Of a stretch of 64,000 bases of DNA, positions 37,955-51,571 are shown in pieces. This stretch comes from Octopus bimaculoides (taxonomy: Eukaryota), in NCBI RefSeq assembly GCF_001194135.2, contig NC_068997.1, positions 7,011,412 through 7,075,411 on the forward strand, in the 5' to 3' direction. Positions within the stretch are counted from its first letter, which is position 1. Every line of letters starts with the position of its first letter. Under the pieces are notes generated by a model. That model had not been told where the DNA came from, did not search any database, and saw only the letters and a program-made list of their open reading frames with translations. The position numbers and the translations under genes were made by a program.

Positions 37955-38950
37955 AACTTTTTACTATGGTACAACTAGAAATCACAGATACCGAAACTAA
38001 GTGTAAAAAGTAAAATGGTTAAATCAGAGATTCCACGTGTATCGCAGATATGGCTTAATAACAGTTGGCTACCACACTGCAACACCCACGTCTTTGAAAC
38101 AACGTGAAGAAAAAGTCTGCGATGCCGACTCTAAGGATTACAGAAGATTTTCCTTTTCGAATGAAGCAAATTGAGAAATAAACTATTTCGAATAGAGATC
38201 ATGACAAACTATTATAGCGAGATGTGAACGCCTAACCGAAATGGGACAGTTGGTTGTTTGATAGTTGTCAACTAAGCCATTACCATCACCACTATCCTAC
38301 TACTATTACAAAACACTAATAACAGAACATCGTTATATATAAATCTAGACCATGATTAACAACGAAAGTTACTAAGAACTGAAAACTGTAAAATTTAACA
38401 TAGAGTGATTGAAAATCTTAACGTGGAAATGCATACAGAAAAGAGGATTTGATACACGCACGCACTATATTAAAATATTGATTTAACTAATAATAATGAT
38501 GATGACGTTGACAAAAGGCCAGAAATCAGTTTAGGTGGGGAGTAAAGTCGATTGAATCGAACCCACAGCATGGATGACGACTCGTATTATTATATCGATC
38601 TAACGATGCTGAAAGGATTCACAGTCGGAACATTAGACATTTAGAGTGGTTCTTTACCGATTCTGCTATCCACCACCTCCACTAATAAATATGTAATGGC
38701 AAAAATACTTAATTGTTTTTAATTTATTTTCAAAACACAAAATATACAATTGGTAAGTGATGTAACTACACAACGGTGTTGCATTGAGTTTAGTCCCTTT
38801 TAAATAGGAGTTCCCGCCTAGTTTACTCTGCCTGTATACAGAACAACGATACGTGAGAAAAAGATCGGTGGGTCACATGGTGCAAGTGAAGGCCTGAGTC
38901 ATTTCGTTGTGTAGAAATGATGGGGTGAGAAGGATGCTGCACGGAAGAAT
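37955..38950. promoter_or_regulatory. CpG-retaining island; candidate promoter / first exon region
   Basis: Locally frequent CpG between CpG-poor flanks; CACGTG at about 38034, GTCACATG and TGAGTCA at about 38873-38905; possible minus-strand donor GTT|GTAAGAA at 37955/37954. Confidence 0.4.
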
Positions 38951-38970
38951 CAGTATAACACCTGACAGGA

Positions 38971-39026
<56 letters not shown>

Positions 39027-42000
39027 CATCAATCAATAACTGTATGAATCATATAGTCAGCAGAGAGAGAAGAGAGGAACCCGAGTGAAGTGGTGGAGAG
39101 TTAGGAAGGACAGAAAGCAAGTAAAGGATGAGAGAATGGGAAGAGAAGAGTGACAAATGGAGAAATTCAGAGAATCAGAGAAAGAACAAGTTAAAGATAA
39201 TTGTGCGGTGAGAAAGAGGAGAGGGGGGGGGGAGAAAGAAAGGAATCAGATTCAAATGTAGAGGAGAACGATGGGCAGATGAGGAGAAAGAAAGAAAAAA
39301 TGAGTGAAGAGAGGAAGTGATGAGCAAAGAATGAGTAATAATTGAGTGAGAGGGAATGCATGAGAGAAATAAGTGACGGGGAGAGAAAAAGAATGATAAA
39401 TAAGACTGAATAGAGAGAGTGATAAATGAGTGAGAGAGAGAGTGACAACTGAATTAGGAGAGAGACAAATGAGGATTGTGACGACAGGGAAAGGGAAAAA
39501 CTCAAGAAGAGAGAGAGAGAGAGAGATTGAGAAAAAGTCACAAAATGATGGAAGGAAAGACAATAGGGAAAGAAATGCAAGATGAGACAAACGAAATTTA
39601 GTAAGAGGATAAGAAAAGTAGAGAACGGTTGTGGGAGAGAAGCGAAAGGTGGAAATAAGAAATGGGATGGCAATAGACTATCCAACCCTTTATTTAAAAT
39701 GTTCAAACTTTTCTCAGCCACTAAAGAAAGTCAATAGCCATGTTACCCCTCATTTGTAATGATGGGTGTGAGTGTGAAAATGCCAGACTTTCTCTCAATC
39801 ACATAAGAATGAGAACCAACTGAATTTTTCACTTTATATGTAAACTACAAAAGACAAAAACTAACGCTTAACTTTCTACAATCTGTCATTCCATCTACTT
39901 CTGAAAAGTATGGAAAGAATTTTGTTGTTTTCCTCTTTGGTAAATTGATTTGATCTTTGATCTTGAAGACATAACATAATTAACATGTCACTAAATTTGG
40001 TCCATCGTCACCATTATCTTATTAACCAAACATATATTCCCAACATCTGATAAATAAGACAAGTCAAAGTAAATTCTGATGTTTCAAGCAAGGCTCTTCT
40101 TTGTTTCTAATAAATGTATTTAAATTTTTTGGAACACAGTGTAATTTTCTTTAAAGACTAGTGACATTGTTTGTATATGAGTATATATGCACGCAGAAGG
40201 ATTTCAGCACCAGAGTACAGTATTTGCACCAGCTTTAACTAACAAAATTTAAAGTACATTTACCTGATGGCCCCAGTCACCAGGTTAATGTGTTTGTCTT
40301 GTAATTTTATCATAGATCAAGACCATGAAAGGAGTCAAACACAGTAATACCAGTAAAGAAACCACTTGGCAATTCTACAATGCTCCTGCTTCTTTCAACA
40401 GTGAACTAATCTACACTGTGCATTGAACACAACATCAGTGACACAATACAAACTGCCACTGCCTTAAATGGGTTTCTGTGGCTCTTATTAAGTTGGTTTC
40501 TGTGGCTCCAGCAGTTGTTCAATAGAATTGTGACAAGAGATAGCTGGTCAGAATAAAAGGTTTTAGGCCACTTGCATTGGTTTTCATTTTTATATCAACT
40601 TTTTCCCTGCTGGCATGCGTTGAAATGTCCTTCCTGATGTCAAATATTGGTTTCAAGTTTGAGGGAAGATTTAGCTGCTACAGGACAAAGTAGAAGCTCT
40701 TTTGCAGGTTCACCTTCATTAGGTGAGAGGTTGCCTGTGGAAAACAGTAAAACGGTAGCTGTAACCGTTCCTCTGAAGATGATACACAAATGATTACATT
40801 AAACAAAAAAAAAAAAAGATTATAACCATAAATGGTTGTAAATAAAAAAAAAAAAATTTTAAATGAAACGGAATTCTAAACTGAAACGCCAATATTACAA
40901 CTAATTGAGTTCCCTGAAATAATTCCAGTTAGGCTGCTGTTGTTCTTGTATAGTTCAAGATCAACCCTAGTCAAGCAGACTTACTATTAAAGATAAACCA
41001 ACCATGACCAAACTATAGTTAATGAGATTTTTAGGGCGACATTATCCAATATATCCTTATTTTTGAGATGGTAGGGTATGATTCTGGAGAGAGTTGGTAA
41101 AAGCCAAAGAAAACAAGACAAAACATGTCACAATGACTTCTTGCTTATCTGTACTGACCTGATATATTTACTACTCTGTGGTAGATAACTGACTTTAATC
41201 ACAACACTTGCTGCAAACCTAAAACTATTTAACAAGATAACATGTAAGTAAGCTACAGACATCAACCACAAACAAATTGCAAAACAACAGATAACTTGTT
41301 TACTTGTTTCACTCATTGGACGGCAGCCATTATCATGACATGGCTTTCAACGGTTTAAGTCAATCATTTTGATCATAGTACATATTTTATTGATATTTAC
41401 TTGTCACATTGCTAAGTTAGAAGATATGAATATAAACACAAATGTGTGTGTGTAAGTAAAACAGTCTTCCACACAGTCTCCGTCTACCAAATTTCATTTA
41501 TGTGATAGTGGTCAACCTGAGACAATAGTAGAAAACACTTGACAAAGGTACCATGTAGAAGGACCAAACTCAAAACCATGTGGTTATCTCATGAAGCCAC
41601 ATTCTTACATCCATGGTCATGCCTGTGTCTATTAACATGGAAGAGCCATACATGACATACTTCAACCATTTTAACATTTCATCAAACATTGTCATGATGT
41701 GTAAGACAATATGACACATGTGAGGAGGAGGAGGATGGGAAAAGGGGGAAGGGGTTCTACTGAGGATAACAAAGAGAATGATTATTGGTGATTCCAACAA
41801 CAAGTGAGGATGGTGACTTAGACATCAGTCATGATTAAGGAACTGCTCGTAACATTGATGTTATGATCCCAATAACAAACAGATTGTGCTGTAAATAAAC
41901 AATACATTGAGAGCAAACATTAACAAAATGAATTCTCAATAAAAGGTTTGATCACAAGAGACAATGGAGCCTCAAGATTTCCCATGTTCATTTGAAGCAT

Positions 42001-42344
42001 TAAACAAGTTACTTAAATCTCAGGAACTGGTTTTTACAAACTTCTGTTAGACACAAAAGGAAATACCAAACATGGCAAACAAAAGAACAAAACAGTTTGT
42101 TTCTTTTTGCTTTCTCTTTCCTTTTCTTTTTCTCCCCCCCCCCCCCTTCATTTTCACTACTACAGCTACAAAACCACTTTTTTTTTCTTGCTGAATCATG
42201 TAGTTTGAAATATTTCAATTATTTTTATACCTTCACATGACTGAAGTTATTCTTCTTCAAGAGTTGGTTTTTCCATTTTTAGTCCTATTTTAAATATTCT
42301 TGATAAGATAGATGAGAAAATTTCTAACATTCAATGTCCATATT

Positions 42345-42520
42345 ATATTATCATTTAACTTCTGTTTTCCATGCTGGCATGGATTGGACAGTTTGACAGG
42401 AGCCGGCCAGTTAGAGAGCTGCCCAGATTCCATGTCTGTTCTGGCATGGTTTCTACAGCTGGATGCCCTTCCTAATACCAACCACTTTATGAGTAGCACC
42501 AGTACCAATGCATTTTACAT
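42345..42520 (-). mobile_element. RTE tail copy, older
   Basis: TTTCCATGCTGGCATGG..TTTCTACAGCTGGATGCCCTTCCTAATACCAACCAC. Confidence 0.8.
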
Positions 42521-43089
42521 GGCACTGAAAAGTCTGGGTCTGCTAATTGTCCCCACCTTTTTATGTCCCCCTCATCCCTTCATCACTCACTCCCTCTTCT
42601 ATCCACTGTACCATTCTGCCTGTTTAATTAGGGATGTCATTGGACCTATCCAATCCTCTCAACTCTCTGGTACTCATTCTCCCCTCTTGGTTGTGCCACA
42701 CCATCCATCTAACAAGTGATGGCACTGATCCTACCAACATCTTTATCATCCTATCTCTTTCACCCATCATAGTACCAATGTCTATAGAAACATTGTAAAA
42801 GCTCTATTTCCACTCAATACACTCATCCATCATCCTGTCTGCTGCCAGCCATCACTCCCTCTCCCCAGGACACTCATCATTAATAACATTCATCACTTTC
42901 TCTCAGCATTGTCTGTCTGTCTGTCTCTCTCTCTACCTCTCACCCACCTGTCCTCGTTTATCTTCTGCCTTTCATCACTCTGTCTGCTATTCACTCTCTC
43001 GATAGCAATTTCTTAACTGAACAGAGACACCAGAGAGTAATGGAAACACTTCAGACTCTCAGAACAAATGTTGACCTCATTAGTGCTGG

Positions 43090-43300
43090 TGTCACAATGA
43101 AATGCACCCACTACACTCTGGGAAGTGGTTAATATATGTTAGAAAAGACATCCAGCTGTACAAAACTGAAATGTTCTTGCAAGACATGGTCTTTCGACTG
43201 ATCTAATGGTGGGGTTGGCTCTGAATAAGAACTGAGTTAGATGGGTATCAACTCACCCAACCCATACCAGCATGAAAAGCAGACATAAAATGATGATGAT
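43090..43300 (+). mobile_element. RTE tail copy, older
   Basis: GCACCCACTACACTCTG..ACATCCAGCTGTA..CAACCCATACCAGCATGAAA..TAAAATGATGATG. Confidence 0.75.
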
Positions 43301-43457
43301 GATGATGCTAACATTGACATCAGCTTCAGCAGTAGCAACACAGACATCCAATGGTGACACCAAAAGCAAGCAAAGGTGCTGAGAGCAGTGGGAGTAGCAG
43401 TTACACTTATCTGATTGCTGATTCAGTCGGTGACACAAACTGTTGAATGTCATACAC

Positions 43458-43742
43458 CAGGGGTTTTCAAACATTTTGACTTGCGGACCCCTTTATATTT
43501 CAGGCTTTACCTTATAAACGCTTATGAAATTTATACATAAATATTTTCTTAAAATAACATATATTTTTGCATTTATTTATTTAACAGTATTTAACAAATA
43601 GGTTTATTGTCAATTAAAAGATTTCGATTAAAAAACATATATAAAATCAAATTGCCCATAAAAAGTACTTGCTGTCAACAGACCCCCTGTCTTGTCCTTG
43701 CAGACCCCCTGTGGTCCATGGACCACAGTTTGAAAACCCCTG
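43458..43742. mobile_element. hAT (Charlie-like) MITE, 285 bp
   Basis: Perfect 15-bp TIRs CAGGGGTTTTCAAAC / GTTTGAAAACCCCTG and perfect 8-bp TSD TCATACAC (43450-43457, 43743-43750). Confidence 0.93.
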
Positions 43743-43837
43743 TCATACACGATATTCATCACCATCGTCATCATCATTTAACATCCATTTTCCATGTTTT
43801 CTTTTTGTTTTCCCATTGCATATTCCTGCATTCACAG

Positions 43838-43970
43838 TGAGAGATGCGATTGTTTATTTTTAGAATGACATTCTGGGGTAGGTGTGAGAGGCCAGATCTG
43901 ACCACTTTGAACATAAAACAAAAAGAATATTTTGGCCGGATACTGCCAGTTTAAATTCTAAAGGATTAAA
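43838..43970. mobile_element. Right half of the piggyBac-type MITE seen at 18496
   Basis: GATTGTTTATTTTTAGAATG..GTAGGTGTGAGAGGCCAGAT..TTTAAATTCTAAAGGATTAAA aligns with 18598-18719. Confidence 0.75.
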
Positions 43971-44305
43971 TAATTAAAGTTCCCCTCCAAAAGTAAGGAC
44001 TCTGAAATTACTTTCATTTTAATGATCAAGAATGTATCTTGGGCGATTTCTCTTAACAACACTTTTTATTTCTAAATGCTTCAAACACACCAAGAAATCC
44101 TATTCGTTACTAAGCTGGCAATTTTTCTATCTACTCTTCACGTGGTCCTCAGAATATTCCTCTCCATTCAACTCTGTGCTAGAAAATAGCTGACCTATAA
44201 ACGATTCAATAAAAGGAAAACCAATCTCTTTAGAATCATTTCCAAACAATACAGTTTCATTGATATTACTTTGTTCCTTTCAAAGTTAGCAATAAAGAAA
44301 AAAAA

Positions 44306-44340
<35 letters not shown>

Positions 44341-46032
44341 AGAAAGTTTTGTGGTATTTCTGGTTTTTTTGTTTTTTTTTACTTCTCTCCTTTTTTTTTA
44401 ATTAACTCAAGCAAATATTTCCATTTGCCTCAGTAAATCTAGTGAAAAAAATAGAAATTGTCTTACTTCAGGGTTGAGTGATTTAGTGTTTTTAGAGGCA
44501 TCCAATTGTAAAGCAACAATAACAACCAAAACTACTTGTTTCAAATAATTCATATGCAAATTATCAAAAAGAAACCCCCACTCCACCCACCACACATTGC
44601 CTATAATGGAGATTTTTAAAAAATCAAATAAGACACAAACTGAGTGATAATATCTATAAATAGTAATAATGTCTATTTCATTCATGTAAACAAGTTTGGT
44701 CTTGTTTTTGGTTAAAACTTGATGCACCAATAGAGAGACTGTACATGGTTGCTTGACCTGCTATAAGTAACCACCAAATGCCACATTTCTGTCTTAAAAA
44801 GGAAAGGCGGCACTGGACAATGCCCTAAATATATCTAAAAAGAAATAATGGCATAGTCATGGTTGGAATACCTTGGCTGATAGGTCAGCTAATCAGAGAT
44901 GAAATGGGTCTCACCACCACCACCAAGACTACTTGACCAACAATTGAACCATTACAATTTCAAGTCTCATAAAAACTATATCGTGTATGAAAAATGCAAA
45001 ATGTTTCCAAAACCACAAAGTCCAGTCTGTAGTTGATCTCCTCACCTTCTTCCCGTCAGTCTCAGAGACCCACAGAATGACCATAGGGACTGCCCTTCTT
45101 CCATTAACGGAGCCATTAAGTGTGAAAAAAAATATCATTTATGGTCTGGTGCTTAGATTTATGATATGAAGAGGATGTGAGATGAACCCTTCTACTATAA
45201 TGGACAAGTCATCAATCATCTCTGACTTAAATACCAAGTTCTGGCAGCTGTGTAATCTGGTGTTTGTAGAATTAAGCATTGAGTCAAATATACAAGAAAA
45301 CATTTGTCAGGGAATCTGTGTTCGGTTCAGCTGAACATTATTTCATTTGGTGTCAAGTAAAATGTAAGGTTACTTAATAATTACTTTACATTTAAGTCTT
45401 TATGTTTTGTTTTAAGGATATTGTTCTTACTTATTATCTGAAACTTTGGAATTATTTTGGTATTATCTCTTGACTTCAGACATCTGTCTACAAAGAAAGT
45501 TGGAGTTCACAAATGCATTTGATATCTTAACAAAGGTAAACAGATTTGCAGCAACCAAACTCATCCTATGCTGTACTGAGTCAATGAAAGAACTTCTTCT
45601 TTGCATGTCAAATCAACTTGCTTAATATATCATCAGCCAAATAAACTTCTCTTTAAACAAGGCCTTATTGTTCTATATGCCAGACATGGTGCTTGGGGAG
45701 GAAAGGACTTACATCTTAATTTATATATAACAAGATGTTGAAGAAGGTTTCACACAAGCTACTTGTACTTACAAAAACAGCAGGCAAATTGTCCTTTAAA
45801 CAAACCCCTATTTGTCCTAAATGCTAGGTCTGTTTGTTCCATGGCTGACCTTGAAGTTAATAGCAACCAAGAAGACAACATTTATATACATCAACTCATC
45901 TTATCACAATCATCCACAGTTGATATATTAAAACACCAGTAATGGACAAAGTGAATTAGGTGCCAGTAATAGACATAGTTAACTCAATTAGCAGTACACA
46001 TCCATAACAAAAGCTGGCCTTGCATTTAGTCA

Positions 46033-46770
46033 TCATCATCATCGTTTAACGTCCGTTTTCCATGCTGGCATGGGTTGGACAGTTTGACTGGAGACTGGCA
46101 AGCCAGGAGGCCACACCAGGCTCCAATCTGACCGGGCAAAGTTTCTACAGCTGGATGCCCTTCCTAATGCTAACCACTCCGAGAGTGTAGTGGGTGCTTT
46201 TTACGTGCCACCGGCATGGGAGCCAGTCAGGTGGCACTGGCATCGGCTATGTTCAGATGGTGCCTTTTACATGCCATCAGCACAGGAGGAAGTCAGGGCA
46301 GCAGGGAAGGGGGCTGGCATTGACCATGTTCTGATGATGCCACCGACACAGGGAGCCAATCAGGCGGCTCTAGCAGCGACCAACACATGAATGGTGCTTA
46401 TTGCTTGCCACCAGCACTGGTATCGGCCACAACTACAATTTCCATTTGATTTACTTGACTCAATAAGCCTCTGCAAGCATGGCATGTCACCCAACAATTC
46501 AAGGGTACTTTTTAAACGGGCTGGCTTTGCGACACTGGTGTAGGCTATGGCTGTGACATCACTTTCCTTGCTGGGTCTTCGCAGTCACAGCAGATCTCCA
46601 GAGGTCTTGGTCTTGGTCTTGGTCTTTTGTCATTGCCTCTGTGAGGTCCAACGTTTGAAGGTCATGCTTCACCACCTCGTCCCATGTCTTCCTGGGTCTT
46701 CCTCTTCCACAGATTCCTTCCACAGTTAGGAAGTGGCACTTCCTCAAACAGTTGTCCTCATCCATACATA
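46033..46770 (-). mobile_element. RTE LINE 3' end: ORF C-terminus plus complete 3' UTR and tail
   Basis: MDEDNCLRKCHFLTVEGICGRGRPRKTWDEVVKHDLQTLDLTEAMTKDQDQDQDLWRSAV (about 46770-46560), followed by tandem units, TTAGGAAGGGCATCCAG motif and (GAT)n tail. Confidence 0.9.
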
Positions 46771-47361
46771 GTGTTAAAACAAAAACCATCCAATCTACAT
46801 TATCAAGGAAGAAATGGATGTGAAACAGAACATACACACACACACACACGCACACACACACATACAAACAAGAATACAGTTGCATCTGCAAGATATGTAG
46901 ATCAGATTTTACACTAATTTATGATTTAATCAAATGAAGAAAACACATGGATGACATGCTGCAATAATAAATGTACATATACTTACACGCACACACACAC
47001 ACACAGAGTCATCATACAAATCAATATATGAATATAAGGTTTTTATCCCTAGTGGCCAAGGAATGCATCCATTTGGTGTGGGATGCCCTATACATTAGGA
47101 GCTTAATGTGAAATAGCAGTTAGATAGAGCAACCACCACCACCACCACCACCACCATCCAGCCCGTAATCTAATACCCATTTCCTCTCCTTCCTCTACTT
47201 GACAAGTAAATTAATTGAGGTAATGGAGAATAAAGAGTTTTGGCAAGAAACAATGAAACCACAACAGTCAGAAGTCCAATATTTTTATCCACTAAGTTGC
47301 TGCTCTTTCTCTCTCTCTCTCTCTCTCTCATGCACACACAACTACATATGGAATTGAGCCA

Positions 47362-47545
47362 ACAGAGGAGCCATTGCATGATGACTCACCTTGCTAGAAG
47401 TAACAGCCAAATCTCTCTCAAATCACACCTTACTGTCTTAAAAAAGGGAAGGTACATAAGACAATGTAGGTCTAGATATGTAATATGAGAGGATGGTCAC
47501 AGCTGTGGACATTTTATGGTAAATATGTTGATTTATAATAACAAA
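47362..47545 (+). mobile_element. Dispersed repeat family D (SINE-like 3' body; related copies near 14705, 16540, 25285, 34410, 37535, 40933(-), 44735)
   Basis: Shared TGCTAGAA(A/G)TA(G/A)CAGCCAAATCT..CAAATCACACC..GTCTTAAAAAA..GGATGGTCAC core. Confidence 0.7.
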
Positions 47546-48623
47546 ACCAACACAGAGAAAACAGCACCGAGATATTCAGGCTTTTGTAGGTGGATGTGTT
47601 TCTAGAAAAGTAGAGCAGATTTTTGATTCACCACAACAGAAATATTAAAGCAGTTGGCACAACTAAAGACAGATATATCAACATTGAAACAGGCCAATGA
47701 GAAAGCTTTTACATAGTCACATGATTTGTTTAAGGTGGTAGGCAAATATCCATCAAAATTTGCTCTTAGAAACCATATGTTCTGTCTCCTAAATCTTTGA
47801 GAAAGATCATCTCAACAGCGAAAATAGACGTCCATGGCAAGAAAAATTGTTCTTTTTTTTTTTTTTTCATTCAGTTGCCTTTGTGTTATACAGCTGCTCT
47901 AATAGGAGTAATTTAATAGGAGTACTCTGATAACTAGGGTTACCTTCTGTCTCTATTTTTTACCTGTTTCAGTCATATTAGACTGCGACCATGCTGGGGC
48001 ACCACTTTGAAGAATTTTAATCAAATGAACCAACTCCATTACTTTAACACACCAAAACCAACTGTCAAGTGGTGGTGGGAGGGGCAAACAGTCACAAAAA
48101 CACACACATATAGATATACATACATATATATATATATATAAAGCAAAGAAGAAAATGGAGAAGATAATTAATTAACAACTATCAGCCTTCAAACATCAAG
48201 TGGATCTATTTATTAATTACAATCATAGGTATACATCCAGTAGTATATTGGACATTTATTATCCCTTAGATGGTTGTTTAACCTCTAACTCATACAGACG
48301 TATATATATATATATATATATATAACAGGCTTCTTACAGTTTCTGTCAACCAAACACTCACTCAATCTGAGGCTATAGTAGAAAACACTTGCCCAAGGTG
48401 CCATGCAGTAGGACTGAACACCAAATCACATCGTTGGGAAGCAAACTTCTTACCACACAGCCACATCCTCAATAATTATAATATAAACATGTCTGAATTA
48501 GTAGCCCTTCAAAACAATTACTCAATGATAAACCAAGAAGCAGTGTTTATTATGGTTTTCGCGTTCTGCTAATCTTAATGTCTTAATAAAAAAGGAAGAG
48601 ACAGTGGGGTAATGTATCCTGCA

Positions 48624-49515
48624 TACAAGATGGTAAAAAGCTCCCAGACTAGTTCTGTAGTGTACTAATAGATGGCAGCACATGGTTTTGTGTGCCAGCA
48701 GTGACCTTCATGAGGAAGTGTGCTAAGTGATATCACTGTGTTTACTTCATGAAATCTGTGCTTTTGTGATCACATGTGTCTGCTGTAATCTACGATTTTG
48801 TCATGGACAGGAACAAAGAGCCCAACATGAAATTTTGTGTGAAACTTGGGAAGTCTGCTACAGAGACATCAAGCATGCTTCGGCAAGCTTATGGTGATGA
48901 GGCAATGGGTCGTATGCAATGTTCTAAGTGGCATGGGTGCTTCAAAAGCAGAAGAACATCCCTGAAAGATGATGAGCAATCTGGAAGACCTGTCATAGGC
49001 ATCACCCCTAGAAATGTGGTATTGTGCATCAAGGATTCATCCCCCAGGGCCAGACTATTAATTGAGGGTTCTCTACTGCAATGTCTTGAAGTGTTGAGGG
49101 AGGAGAACATTCAGTAAAAGCAACTGAATCAGTGGAGCATGAAGAACTAGATTCTTAACAACGACAATACACCCTGTAACTTGTGAGTTTCTCACTGAAA
49201 ACAACATGGTATCGCTTCTGCACTTGCCCTGTTCATCAGATTTAGTATGTGTGCACTTGCATCTCTTCCCTCAAATGAAAAAGCAGCTCAGAGGTCACTG
49301 TTTAACACCATTGTCGAGATCCAGAGTGAATTGCAAAATGTACTCAACTTGCTTATGGAAAACAATTTCCAGGGTCCAAAAGTGGCTGGAATGCTAGGAC
49401 CAGTGTATTACTGTGCAAGGTGACTATTTCAAAGAAGATGATGTTAAAACTTAGGAAAATAAGTCATTTTTTATTAAACATAATGGATGCAGGAACTTTG
49501 TGATGCCACCTCGTA
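48624..49515 (+). mobile_element. Mariner element, internally deleted and decayed
   Basis: ATG at 48803: MDRNKEPNMKFCVKLGKSATETSSMLRQAYGDEAMGRMQCSKWHGCFKSRRTSLKDDEQSGRP; jumps to IVHQGFIPQGQTIN, then a degenerate HDN and HLPCSSDL (YSPDL) motif. Degenerate TIRs TACAAGATGGT..AAAGCTCCC / GGAACTTTGTGATGCCACCTCGTA. Confidence 0.9.
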
Positions 49516-49519
49516 ACTT

Positions 49520-49883
49520 TTGGTTTTTGCTTGTTCCAGTCATTTCAAATGCAGTCAAACTGAGGCGCCACATTGAAGGGTTTAGTTGAATAAAAAGACC
49601 CCAATACATTCTTTCTTAATTCTGATACTCATTCTATTGGTCTCCTTTTGCCACCCCACTAAGTTACAGGGATATACACAAACCAACACCTATTGTCAAG
49701 CAGTGGTGTGGAACACAAACACACAACAGGCTTCTTTCAGTTTCCATCTACCAAATCCACTCACAAAGCTTTGGTCAGCCTGAGGCTAGAGTAGAAGACA
49801 CTTCTCTTAGGTGCCATGCAGTGGGACTGAACCCGGAACTATGTGGTTGGGAAGGAAACTTCTTACCACACAGCCACGCCTGT
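49520..49883 (-). mobile_element. SINE family A, older
   Basis: Reverse-complement match to family A head and tail. Confidence 0.82.
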
Positions 49884-50799
49884 GTCTACCAAGATGTCTT
49901 TTAAAAACAAAACAACAAATGACTGTAGGATGCAGATTGAGAAAATTTTGGCATCTATTTCTAGCAGGTCAAATGACTGCATGGAAGTTTCTTTGTTGGG
50001 TGCTAACATTGGTAACAATAGTGATAGCGGTGACAGTAGCATTGGTAAAGATATAAATATGCTAAGAAAATCAATAAATTTAACACCATCATTTTGATCA
50101 GCCTCTAATCCTTAACTTACACATCTATTGATCCTAGTCCTTACACATGATATGATTGTCTTTGCTTTACTTATTATAACAACAACAACAACAACAACAC
50201 CAGTATCTGGTGCCTTTTCTAGGGCAGATGTTAATGCTCTGTTTGGCTGACTCAGCTTTGGAAGGTTCATGTTACACACACACACACACACACACGGTTG
50301 CTGGGGTGTCAAATTCCACAAACAGTATCTTATAGTATCGAATTATTTCAAACTTCAAACACCTGCTTTGTATAAACTAATTTTTACTCAGGAGGCATCA
50401 AAACACACCACTTTTAGTTACTAAAACCATTCTCAGTGCTTTGTACATAAGAAAAAAAAAATCTATGTACTTTATTTATCACTGTTTTGCATCCAAAAAG
50501 ATGATCAGGCAACCGCATTACCTTTTGCAATGTAATAAAACATAACCACTACTACTATTTTAATATGCATCAGTGTACTTTTAGGTCGGAACAGAATGTC
50601 ATTGAAGCAAACTGGGTTAACTGAAGGTAACAGAGACTTGCTGTGGTTTAATTTGAACTCAAAATGTAAATATACTATTTTCAGCAATAAATTTAACCCA
50701 TCCACAGGTTTTAACACCACATGATACCCTCATTCACCATATGGGTGAAAGAGGGTATCTTTCTTCTTTTCTTCTATCAGTCATGATAGCGGTGACGAT

Positions 50800-51025
50800 A
50801 GCATTCCTGAAAGCAGTGGCAACCTCAATACTGCAGGTGCTATGAAGAAAGCACCCAGTCCATGCGTGAAGAGATTGGCATCAGGAAGGACATCCAGCTG
50901 TGGAAACCATACCAAAGCAGACACTAGAGCAGAATACAGTCCTTAGACCCATTGGAGCCTGTCAAACTGTCCAACCCATACCAGCATAGAAAAAAGGAAC
51001 ATTAAATGATGATGATGATGGTGAT
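50800..51025 (+). mobile_element. RTE tail copy, older
   Basis: GCACCCAG..TTGGCATCAGGAAGGACATCCAGCTGTGGAAACC..GTCCAACCCATACCAGCATAG..TTAAATGATGATG. Confidence 0.8.
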
Positions 51026-51527
51026 GACACATTGGCCTTTCTATAATAGAAAACTGAATCCGAACTGCGCAACTATGTATGTGTACATATATGTGTATAA
51101 GCTTAGTGTTAAAGTACAGAGTGTGTATGTGTTGACATATTCACACAGTATAAATCAGCAGGAAAGCAGAATAAATGCTTTTATAATATTCCAAGTTTGG
51201 TGCTCTACTCGGCTGATTTAAAACCCTTAGCAGAATAAACTTTGTCTTTCAGTGCTTCAGGATTGATAGAAAAAACACTAAGGTTGGTTTAATCATAAAT
51301 TGTCTGGTTAGTCAAATAGCCAAAGGCCATATTAGTGTAATATTGAGATTAATGACATAATAATAGTTGAGCAATGACATCACAGCTAACTTCAGATAAT
51401 AGTATGAAGACAAAAGAAATCCCTAAATTACTTTGAAAGCAGATTGGAGCAGATGGTTACATTAATCCACAGTAATCTCAACAAATATGACTAAGAAGCC
51501 TTTATAATGCCTCTAATAAACCTTACA

Positions 51528-51564
<37 letters not shown>

Positions 51565-51571
51565 TTCAGAT

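Noticed and set aside
39191-39721. 176-aa and other S/L/F-rich ORFs (57639-59264)
   Set aside because: By-products of purine/pyrimidine low-complexity tracts; no domain signal.
44407-44730. 107-aa minus ORF
   Set aside because: GTG start in AT-rich DNA with no splice context or motif; consistent with chance.
45480-45535. Plus-strand 56-nt AG..GT segment with one open frame
   Set aside because: Opposite to the inferred transcription direction, unrecognised peptide, no supporting neighbours.
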